DNA of 63,677 bases, filler included, from Stramenopiles sp. TOSAG23-3 (lineage: Eukaryota): the NCBI GenBank assembly GCA_900128585.1. It is 21 parts of 21 records of this genome, joined end to end, with 100 filler letters (N's around TTAATTAATTAA, not from the genome) between each part and the next. Parts side by side here need not be neighbours in the genome. Positions count along the whole stretch, not along the records: positions 54,700 to 57,626 come from LT644519.1; positions 57,727 to 60,653 come from LT644520.1; positions 60,754 to 63,677 come from LT644521.1; 18 more parts are not named here. One strand, 5' to 3'. Shown in pieces: positions 55,076 through 63,677 of this stretch. The first letter of the stretch is position 1, and each line of letters starts with the position of its first letter. The notes beneath the pieces are model-generated. The model was not told where the DNA came from. It worked only from the letters and a program-made list of their open reading frames with translations, and made no database searches. The position numbers and the translations under genes were made by a program.

Positions 55076-56242
55076 ATGTCCAATGAAGACGTAGTTGTCT
55101 GCGACAACGGGACTGGGTTTGTAAAGGCGGGGTTCGCATCGGAGCATTTCCCGCGCCACATGTTCCCGTCCATGGTAGGAAAGCCGACCCTGCGCGCAGA
55201 GGAAGCCGCCATCGGGGACATTGAGATCAAAGACGTCATGTGCGGCGACGAGGCCGCCGCGGTCCGCCAGGCCCTGGAGATAAGCTACCCGATCGACTGC
55301 GGGATTGTCCGCAACTGGGAGGACATGGAGAGCCTGTGGGACTACACCTTTTACGAGAAGATGAAGATTCAGCCGGAAGAGAAGAAGCTCATGCTCACCG
55401 AGGCCCCGCTCAACCCGAAAAAGAACAGGGAAAAAACCATCGAGATCATGTTCGAGAAGTACGGCTTCGAGGGCTGCCACCAGGCCATCCAAGCCATGCT
55501 CACCCTGTACGCCCAAGGGCTGCTCACCGGGGTCGTCGTCGATACCGGGGACGGGGTCACCCACGTGGTCCCGGTCTACGAGGGGTTCGTCCCCCCACAC
55601 CTGATCCGTCGCCTCGACGTCGCGGGGCGCCACATCACCAAGTACATGATCAAGCTGCTGTTGCTGCGGGGGTATGCGTTCAACCGGACCGCCGATTTTG
55701 AAACCGTGCGAAAGGTCAAGGAAGACCTGTGCTACGTCGCGAACGACATCAAGGAGGAGCGCCGGCTGGCGCTGGAGACGACCGTGCTGGTCAAAAAGTA
55801 CCGCCTCCCGGACGGGCGCGTGATCAAGGTAGGCCGTGAGCGGTTCGAAGCCCCAGAGGCAATGTTCTCCCCTAGCTTGATAGACGTGGAGGGCGACGGA
55901 ATGGCAGACATGGTGTACGAGATGATCCAAAAAGCCGACGTTGACTGCCGCTCAGATTTTTACAAGCACATTGTCCTGTCCGGGGGCTCTAGTATGTACC
56001 CCGGGCTGCCAACCCGCTTGGAGAGAGACATTCGCCAGCGGTATTTAGAAGGCGTTTTGCACGGGGACAAAAGTAGGTTGAATCGTTTGAAGCTGAGGAT
56101 AGAAGATCCCCCGAGACGAAGAAACATGGTCTTCCTGGGCGCCTCCGTCCTCGGCGACATCATGAGGGACCGGGAGGACTTTTGGATATCCAAGGACGAC
56201 TGGGACGAAATGGGCCCGTCCTGCCTGGATAGGCTCAGCTGA
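55076..56242 (+). CDS. ARP2: Actin-related protein 2 (Arp2/3 complex)
   Basis: [56 protein letters not shown] are Arp2-diagnostic. Confidence 0.97.
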   Translation: MSNEDVVVCDNGTGFVKAGFASEHFPRHMFPSMVGKPTLRAEEAAIGDIEIKDVMCGDEAAAVRQALEISYPIDCGIVRNWEDMESLWDYTFYEKMKIQPEEKKLMLTEAPLNPKKNREKTIEIMFEKYGFEGCHQAIQAMLTLYAQGLLTGVVVDTGDGVTHVVPVYEGFVPPHLIRRLDVAGRHITKYMIKLLLLRGYAFNRTADFETVRKVKEDLCYVANDIKEERRLALETTVLVKKYRLPDGRVIKVGRERFEAPEAMFSPSLIDVEGDGMADMVYEMIQKADVDCRSDFYKHIVLSGGSSMYPGLPTRLERDIRQRYLEGVLHGDKSRLNRLKLRIEDPPRRRNMVFLGASVLGDIMRDREDFWISKDDWDEMGPSCLDRLS

Positions 56243-56440
56243 AAAGGACAAGCCGCTCGTTCATCAAAGCTAATCTATTCGTAGTGTGCTGTAATTTTAT
56301 TATCGTATTTCCTGTGTACAAAGCAAGAGGGCAAATGCGTGTGGGGCGTGCGTGTGAAAAAATAATTTATATTGCATTTTACTACTGAAAACCTCGCTCG
56401 CAGCTCTCCCTCGTCATGACAATCTGCACGGAGTTATCGT

Positions 56441-57361
56441 TCAAAGCTTCGCGCCCATCTGCTTCAAATTCTTCAAAATGAACGTGAACGCGTCGCCCGC
56501 AATCTTTGGGTAGTCCGTGGGCCCGGTAAAGTTCTTGATGTTGTCCCACTGGGCATCAATGTCTTCTAGCTCCAGCCCTTTCCTCAAATCAAACCCAACG
56601 CCAGCCGACCGCTGGTACTTGACTTGCCCGATCCAGCCGCCCCCCGTCTCAAAGATGGAGCCGTTCTCCTTGCACTTCTCGCTCGCAAGGTACCCCACGA
56701 ATGGGGCAATAAACTCCGGCTTCAGGCCAGCCACCATCTCTGGGGTCATGATGGTCTCGGTCATTCGAGAGCCAGCGAACGGGGCAATCACGTTCGTGAA
56801 AATGTTCCGCTTCGCCCCCTCCTTCGACAAGGTATTGCAGAGCCCCACGACGGCCAGCTTCGCAGCCGAGTAGTTTGCCTGCCCAAAGTTCCCGAAAAGC
56901 CCTGCACTCGAGGTGATGAAGACGACGCGGCCGTACTTTTGCTCCCTCATGTAAGGCCACGCCGCACGCGTCGTCTTGTAAGCACCGGTCACGTGAACAT
57001 TCTGAACAAGCTCCCAGTCTTTGTCGGCCATCTTGTGAAAGCTTTTGTCGCGCAAGATTCCCGCGTTGTTGATCAGGATGTCTATCCTTCCGTACGCGTC
57101 CACCGCAGTCTTCACGATTCTTTCCCCGTCCGTGACGGAGTCGTAGTTGGCCGTGGCTTCCCCGCCCATGCGTTTGATTTCCGTGACAACATTGTCCGCC
57201 GGCCTGGACGAACCGGTCCCATCGCCACCGTCCATCGCGCCACCCAAATCGTTCACTACCACCTTTGCACCACGCGCCGCAAGAAACAGAGCGTACGCCC
57301 GCCCGATGCCGTTCCCCGCACCCGTTACTATCGCAACGCGACCGTCGTATCGTATCGCCAT
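56441..57361 (-). CDS. Peroxisomal (3R)-hydroxyacyl-CoA dehydrogenase (stand-alone MFE-2/HSD17B4 SDR domain)
   Basis: TGAGNGIG, VVVNDLGG, NNAGILRD, GNFGQANYSAAK; C-terminal PTS1 AKL. Confidence 0.93.
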   Translation of the reverse strand: MAIRYDGRVAIVTGAGNGIGRAYALFLAARGAKVVVNDLGGAMDGGDGTGSSRPADNVVTEIKRMGGEATANYDSVTDGERIVKTAVDAYGRIDILINNAGILRDKSFHKMADKDWELVQNVHVTGAYKTTRAAWPYMREQKYGRVVFITSSAGLFGNFGQANYSAAKLAVVGLCNTLSKEGAKRNIFTNVIAPFAGSRMTETIMTPEMVAGLKPEFIAPFVGYLASEKCKENGSIFETGGGWIGQVKYQRSAGVGFDLRKGLELEDIDAQWDNIKNFTGPTDYPKIAGDAFTFILKNLKQMGAKL

Positions 57362-57593
57362 GTTAACACTGCTGTCGTTCAAAGAGAGAGAGAAAGAATT
57401 ACCAAATGTATGCAATTTCTTAAATTATGGTTTGTTGAAATTGTTCTAAATTGTTATATATGATTTTAAAAAGTCATTTAAATGATAATCTTGGTATTGG
57501 TTAGACGACTGTTTGGTTCTTCTTCTTATATTTTGGCGGGCGGCGGTCGAATTAAAAATATTATTAAGAAGAAGAAGAAAAAAAAAGAAGAAG

Positions 57594-57626
<33 letters not shown>

Positions 57627-57916
57627 NNNNNNNNNNNNNNNNNNNNNNNNNNNNNNNNNNNNNNNNNNNNTTAATTAATTAANNNNNNNNNNNNNNNNNN
57701 NNNNNNNNNNNNNNNNNNNNNNNNNNTATATGAAGAAAGACCACGCATTGTTATATACCCGCAATGGTTGATGAATGAATAAAATAAAAAAAACTTGTTT
57801 TATACGTATGTGCTGTCAATTTTAAAATTAAACCGAAGGCGCAAAAGTTACTGCGACCATCACATATCATCGTTGCAAATAAATTGGAAGAAAACGGCTC
57901 GGGACAATAGATAAGC

Positions 57917-59146
57917 ATGTCGCGCGCGTCGACACGAGACATGCTGGCAAAATTTGACAAGGATAGGATGTCCAGAAGCCTCACTGATGCCCAGAGCAAA
58001 TACGTAAAGCCTCATATTGAATCTGGCTATAAGTTCACTACCCCATACGTTATAAAACATTCAGATAAATATTGGAAGGAAAGAGCCGGTAAGCAAAGTA
58101 GAAACATAAAGTGCTCTGCCGACTCGATCATGAAAGTAAAGCTTGGCCGAAAGAATCCAGGCAGATGTGTTTGCGGTAAAATGCAAACCGAATGTTATAA
58201 TGGCTCGTGTTTGCTTGCGTTGTGCAAACGTAGTGCACAAGAAGCTAGAGACGACCGGTTAAATAAACTGTGGTATAATTACGGCGATGGTGCCGTGGAA
58301 GAAACAGATTTGCCGCTGTCTGAACAGATACGAAGAGTTGCAATTGATGAAGGGGAAAGTGTGCTTCCTGCTGTGCGAAGAACCCAGTTCGAAAAACTGA
58401 AAGAAGAGAAAAGAGCGGACAAACGCTTTTCTGTCTCGGAGGGTTGGCTATGTGGCGTGTGCCGGGCCCTGAATCTTGCCGAAATGAAAAAGTGCGGAAC
58501 ATGCGGTCGTGAAAAGGGCGAAAGCCTCGAAGTAGATGAGGACGACTATGTACGACGACTGAAAGAAAGGTTTGCGAGGAGGGGGAAATATGATAGAACG
58601 ATAGAGGAGAAATTAGAGGAGAAGAAAAATAACAGGGAAGAGAGAAAATCGAAGCGCAATGAGCGGTACGAAAAATATCTGGAAGATGAGAAACTCAAAG
58701 CAGAAGATCAATTAGAGGAGGAGGAATTCTACGACGAAGAAGCTGAGAACCAAAGGTTCGGATCCGAATCAGACGAAAGTTCATCAGACGAAGACGTGTG
58801 GTACATGGGCGAGATGATGACGAAAAAGGAGAGGGGAAGACTGGAAGAAGAAAAGGCACTCCTTGCCGTTCAGCCTGCTAAAACCAACATGCTTTCCAAT
58901 TTTCTGAATGAGGTAAACCCGTTTAGGCACGGGAGGATTGCTATGTACAGCTACATGAGAGACGAATTGGATCGCAGAACAAAAATAGGCGAATCGATGC
59001 AATTTGTTCTGGGGACGGACTACACAGATATCATCCAAGAAACAGATAGGCGCAAATTACTGGATGGGAAATTGACCCCCAAGCCTGATCCTTTGCTGGA
59101 GGGAGGCCCTAAAAAGAAGAAGAAAAAGAAGAAGCAGGAGTCGTAA
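57917..59146 (+). CDS. RanBP2-type zinc finger, coiled-coil protein
   Basis: WLCGVCRALNLAEMKKCGTCG; acidic and basic tracts. Confidence 0.75.
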   Translation: MSRASTRDMLAKFDKDRMSRSLTDAQSKYVKPHIESGYKFTTPYVIKHSDKYWKERAGKQSRNIKCSADSIMKVKLGRKNPGRCVCGKMQTECYNGSCLLALCKRSAQEARDDRLNKLWYNYGDGAVEETDLPLSEQIRRVAIDEGESVLPAVRRTQFEKLKEEKRADKRFSVSEGWLCGVCRALNLAEMKKCGTCGREKGESLEVDEDDYVRRLKERFARRGKYDRTIEEKLEEKKNNREERKSKRNERYEKYLEDEKLKAEDQLEEEEFYDEEAENQRFGSESDESSSDEDVWYMGEMMTKKERGRLEEEKALLAVQPAKTNMLSNFLNEVNPFRHGRIAMYSYMRDELDRRTKIGESMQFVLGTDYTDIIQETDRRKLLDGKLTPKPDPLLEGGPKKKKKKKKQES

Positions 59147-59470
59147 TGAAGTAAAGCATAAATATTTTGAATATTATTCAGCTCAGGTTAAAGAAAGAGG
59201 GAGGGGGCAGATAGAAGAGGAGGAGGGGGGCAACACAGGAAATGCAAATGATAAGCGGATGCCAATCCAAAAATATCCTTCATACGACACTAGACTTTCA
59301 CATCAAGTAAAATCAGAATTACCCAATCTATATTCTTAATCATAAGGAGGATTGGCAAAGGCAGATCACGCAAACGCATGCGGCACACCGACGGTACAAT
59401 TCCGTACATGCCGCCCTGGAAGGAAGCATGATTTTACGGATAACTACATGGCGGAACGATGGTACAGTTT

Positions 59471-60427
59471 TTATAAATTAATTGGTTCCGGCAGTATAAT
59501 GCTGGACTTTTCGTCCGTGTCCTCGCCGAATTCCGTCGGGCGAGCTCGATTGTACAGACAGTAATGTTGGCAAAGAAAAATGCAGTCAAAAAACATGGAT
59601 ATTAACCCAAGGCCAAGTTTTGGAAAGTTGCTCACGACAATTGCCCAAGACCCAGCATCGATGAAGAGCTGTGCAACACTACATACACCACCCGTAAAAT
59701 CAAGAAGAACGTTGTGAATAGTCCAGCCAACAGTGCTTTGCCTTTTGTAGTTCAAATAAACTTGCGGGACGTATTTTATTAACGTCACAACGATCTTGAA
59801 CGTTCCCAATGAGTACAAATATGGCAAGTTCGAACCCATGAACGCCGTCAGTGCGCTCAAGCACACAAGAATAAACAAGGAAATAACACCTGTTTTTTTA
59901 TCCCCGTTGTACATAACGATCTGGGACACTGTCACCCACGTGAGTACACACGCATGCCACGAGAAGAACAAGTCAGACAGTCGCACAACATTAATTTTGC
60001 CACTGTGTTGGAGACAAAATTGAGACTGGACTTGCGCAGATATGTAGAAAAACCCGTTGTATATTGAGTACGCTGCGTATCCAGCAATATTCATCAGCTG
60101 GTAAAAAGTCGACAAACCGTTTGTGTGTTTCAATCGGTAATTCAAAAATATTTGTGGATAGAAAGAAATAGACCACGCACAAAAAGATACCCACCCAAGA
60201 AAGAATGAAACTCGGCTATGCCTTGTTTCCGTTGGTGGTTTGCAATGCGGCGGGACAGTATGCGACGCACCAGACGTTGGATCGCCCAACGGAACGAAAA
60301 GGCCTATGGCAGAACCCACAAGCAGCGCCCCAACCAACCAATAGGAAACACCCCGCTCCCCATCATCGCCACCACCACCATCGCCGGACTTGTTCAACAG
60401 CGGTTCCTCTTGCCGACTCGCCCGCAT
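59471..60427 (-). CDS. Cystinosin/ERS1-like PQ-loop lysosomal transporter
   Basis: WSISFYPQ, KYVPQ..LNYKRQSTVGW.I.NVLLDFTGG, KLGLG, QHYCLY; N-terminal EEPLL dileucine signal. Confidence 0.92.
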   Translation of the reverse strand: MRASRQEEPLLNKSGDGGGGDDGERGVSYWLVGALLVGSAIGLFVPLGDPTSGASHTVPPHCKPPTETRHSRVSFFLGWVSFCAWSISFYPQIFLNYRLKHTNGLSTFYQLMNIAGYAAYSIYNGFFYISAQVQSQFCLQHSGKINVVRLSDLFFSWHACVLTWVTVSQIVMYNGDKKTGVISLFILVCLSALTAFMGSNLPYLYSLGTFKIVVTLIKYVPQVYLNYKRQSTVGWTIHNVLLDFTGGVCSVAQLFIDAGSWAIVVSNFPKLGLGLISMFFDCIFLCQHYCLYNRARPTEFGEDTDEKSSIILPEPINL

Positions 60428-60846
60428 TCTATGGCACACACTGCACTTACTTGACTGCTCGTGCAATCTGTATTTGTTACCCAATCCAAAGAGGGAAAGT
60501 GTGCACTACATTTTGAGAAGAAGAAAAGGTCAACAACGTATAATATTACAAACATTTTAGTACTTGTTGGCATAATAATACCACCTCCTCCTGGTGGAAC
60601 TATTAAATATACACATACTACAACAACAAAAGCAGAGAAGAAAAAGAAAAGAANNNNNNNNNNNNNNNNNNNNNNNNNNNNNNNNNNNNNNNNNNNNTTA
60701 ATTAATTAANNNNNNNNNNNNNNNNNNNNNNNNNNNNNNNNNNNNNNNNNNNNTTCAGTACGTTTGTATTAAAGTAGTGCCTTCTTTCCCTTTGCCTTGC
60801 TGTTGTCGTCCGCTGCCCGTTGTTATTTTTTTCTGTGGTTTTAGAT

Positions 60847-63516
60847 ATGAGTGGGTGGTTTATGGGGTTTGCTTCGCCCATGGCTACAGAGAAGACGTAC
60901 GTGGAGGAGGTTGCTGGGGGAGACGACGGTGGGAACTCTCCGGAGAAGCGTGTCAAGAAAAGTGGCGGACAGCCGGAAGTGGCGTTAGATGCAGAGAATC
61001 GCGATGAGGGGGAACCAAGCGATAGGAAAGGCCAACATGTAGATAAGTCAGCTCCTCGGGACAGCACCGCGACTGTGGAAGGAAAGAAGCCGGTTTTAAA
61101 AATTAAAAAACGCAGGCCTGTGTTCTCCCCAAAGTTCATAGGGCTGTATGTCACTGAGGCACGGTTTAACTTGCCTCTAGATATGTTTCCTCATAAAACT
61201 ATCGACATAAAACTTATTTCTGACGGATCGCTCGTGTCTTCTGCAACGGACATCCCGCTGAAGAGTACTCTTAGTGGGCGATCCACCGTCGCATTGTGCG
61301 ATTTGTTGTCGCTGCTAGAGTTCGAACAGTTGAACGAGCCTTTTGGGGCCGCCAATTCGCCGAACGCAGACAAAGGATCCTCTCCCCCCCAAGGTGCCGG
61401 GTCTGCCGACAACACTGAAAGAAATAGGAGGTTGAGTCGAAGGCGTTCGTTCGAAAAATTGAAAGGGTCGTACCTGGAGGTAATTGTGTCTCACACAGGT
61501 GAAGTATTTGCGCAGATTCGGCTCTCGAAAGACCACGTACGGGGTCGAAGGTACGACGACGACGACGAGGCAATCACCTCCGGAGTATCAGGGGTCCGGG
61601 ATTTTTGGGTTTCCGGGGCCGTCCCGGAGACAAAAGCTTACATTATGCTGCACATTCGGACCATCTCGATGGTTGAGAAGCCAAATAAGGGGAACAGTAG
61701 AATAGAGAAATCTATGTTTGAGTATTCGTCACTGTCCGAGTGCCCAAAGTACGATCGGTATGGCATTCGCGTGGACTCGACGGAAACGTTACAGAGAAAG
61801 TCAGCCTCGTGGCAATCATTTTTTGATTGTGAAAATGATTTTTATAGAATTACACCGTGGCACGAAGCTGCTGCGGGGAAGTACAGTGCATTGTCGCAGC
61901 GGCACCCTTTTGAGCTTTTGGGCGACGGTGGGGGGGAAGGCAGTGGGATAACAGACAGGATAAGTTTACGAAGCATCGCCAGGAACAGTGGAAAGAAAAC
62001 GAAGACCAAGGAGCAGTTAAAAAGTGATTGCAACTGGCGAAATAATGTGTGGCACTGTTTCATCCCTCAAAATATTCGCATGAACGTCTACCTCGAAATA
62101 TCCGGTGCAAACTTAAAACGCCGCAAAGAAGCCCCGTCGTACTACAAGCGTTTGTGCAGGCGAAAGGCGACGGAAACGGACGCCCTGCAAATAGAGGTTG
62201 ACCTGCCCAGAACATTTGCGGGGCATCAGAGCTTTATCAACACGGACACCGGCATGGAGAAATTAAGGCGAATCCTTTTGGCATTTTCGTGCCGAAATCG
62301 TGCAATTGGCTATTGCCAAGCAATGAATTACCTCGTCGCGCGGCTGCTGATGCTCAGCGACGACGAGGAAGACGTGTTTTGGGTGCTGTGTGCAATTTGC
62401 GAAGATATTTTCCCAGGGTATTGAGTCCCATCGATGACCGGTGTACAAGCGGACTTGCGCGTTCTCGAAGACTTGATAAGGGCGCGATTGTCCAGGGTTG
62501 CTTTGAAGATAAAACGCCTGGAGATCCCACTAACTGGCATATTGTCCCAGTATTTGCTGACCCTGTTCCTTCTGACGCCATCGGATATCTGTTTTCGAAT
62601 TTTAGACTGCATCCTCTTGGAGGGTGGGAATGCGCTCTTGGCTATCGCATTCGCCTATTTCAAGGTTTTTGAACATTCGCTGATATACGATGCTCATGAT
62701 TTCGATGATTTCTGTACGTTGCTGAAGAAAGGCGTAGAAGCATTTCACGACGTTTCAGAAATTTTAGCGCTGGCCTACAACGAATTGGAAACTGTTGGGC
62801 GGAGCACGTTGTCTATGGCCCGGTACAATTTTCGAAGGGAATTCAACGAAAATTCAGTGTTTGAGACTCGAATGAAGCAACGGCTGAAATCAAAGTTGGA
62901 CATGCCAGAAGACCATTTTGAAGGGGCGTACCACGTTTTCAAAAACGCGATGCAGCGAAAAGACGTGTACGACGACGTGAAAGGGGAGGAGGACAGGCGC
63001 CTCAGTATTGATTACTGGGCGCTGGATTTGGAACATTTTCGTGCAGTGATTCTTGACTTGTCTCCAATGTGGAAGAACGATATCTCCGTGATTGACCGCT
63101 TTTTTGTTTCGCTAGACCGAACGCACAGTGGGTTCGTTGACATACACGAGTACATGTACGGGGTGAAAGTGTTGGCAACCGGTACCGATGAAGCTAAAAT
63201 GCGATTGATTTTTCAGGCTTACGATTGCGACGATACGAATCGCATTACGAAAGGCGAGCTTACTTGCTTGATGGACACTGTTTACAAATTAGCAAAAAAG
63301 GAGCTAGACCCTGGGGCCTTAAATGCAAGCGTCGAGGCATGCCTGTCTGTAGTCATGGTCATGGAAGATAGGGGGGAGCCCAACGACGACGGAGGTGCCG
63401 GACCAGAGGAAGCGGCACAGAAGATGTCTTTGTCATTCGCCAAGTTTTTTCACCTTGCAACCCTGCAGCCGTTGATTCTGAAATGCTTTCATTTGGACGT
63501 TCTATCGGTGGGGTGA
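60847..63516 (+). CDS. Rab-GAP TBC domain + EF-hand protein, interrupted by one in-frame TGA at 62422-62424
   Basis: QIEVDLPRTF and IGYCQAMN fingers; DRTHSGFVDIHE and DCDDTNRITKGE EF hands; ORFs 60820 and 62434 share a frame. Confidence 0.85.
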
Positions 63517-63677
63517 CCTGTCTGCGATACTCGTATATTACTCGTAGGTTAAAAAATACAGAAAGTATGATTTTTGTGCTCGTAAACTTTAGACGGCTAC
63601 TATTCTTTTTACAACATTTTATGTATGATATTACTTCGTACGAAATATATATATCATATTAAACACACATAAAAAAA

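Noticed and set aside
55001-55930. 309-aa antisense ORF over ARP2, and similar shadows over the NEK, oxidase and SDR genes
   Set aside because: Expected antisense shadow from GC3-rich codon usage
2958-60753. Regularly spaced TTAATTAATTAA repeats that look like an array or cassette boundaries
   Set aside because: Synthetic N-padded linkers between size-sorted contigs; not CRISPR or biological. No cross-contig gene clusters can be inferred.
60847-63516. Nuclear genome-wide UGA reassignment
   Set aside because: ARP2, the PTS1-bearing SDR and other genes end at TGA where the protein should end; only one internal TGA seen in nuclear genes

Overview
This window is not one locus. It is 21 unrelated ~2.9 kb contigs, sorted by decreasing length and joined by 100-nt artificial linkers (N44-TTAATTAATTAA-N44), so adjacency across linkers means nothing. 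The content is eukaryotic: mostly intron-poor, moderately GC-rich genes in very AT-rich spacers, with one clear GT-AG intron and one likely one. Genes include Arp2, a peroxisomal MFE-2-type SDR with PTS1, cystinosin, HECT, TBC/EF-hand, NEK-like kinase, MEIG1, MORN, polycystin-like channel, multicopper oxidase, cystatin and GPR180/TMEM145. This set suggests a flagellated, possibly heterotrophic protist SAG/MAG, perhaps a stramenopile (inference). Most notable observations: (1) contig 15257-18196 is bounded by a perfect 79-bp inverted repeat and holds two AT-rich orphan ORFs, one with a faint Transib/RAG1-like C-terminal pattern, around a ~600-bp GC-rich mosaic of foreign gene fragments. (2) A dispersed element with core AACAAGAAAATTGGCTGTTATTTAA sits in sense orientation just downstream of stop codons on several contigs. 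(3) An AT-rich contig is one ORF of at least 930 codons if UGA=Trp (mitochondrial-type code). (4) A hidden cystine-knot peptide is missed by the ORF track. (5) Several signalling proteins look catalytically degenerate or interrupted: a pseudo-histidine kinase with HPt, a NEK pseudokinase, and a TBC gene with an in-frame TGA.
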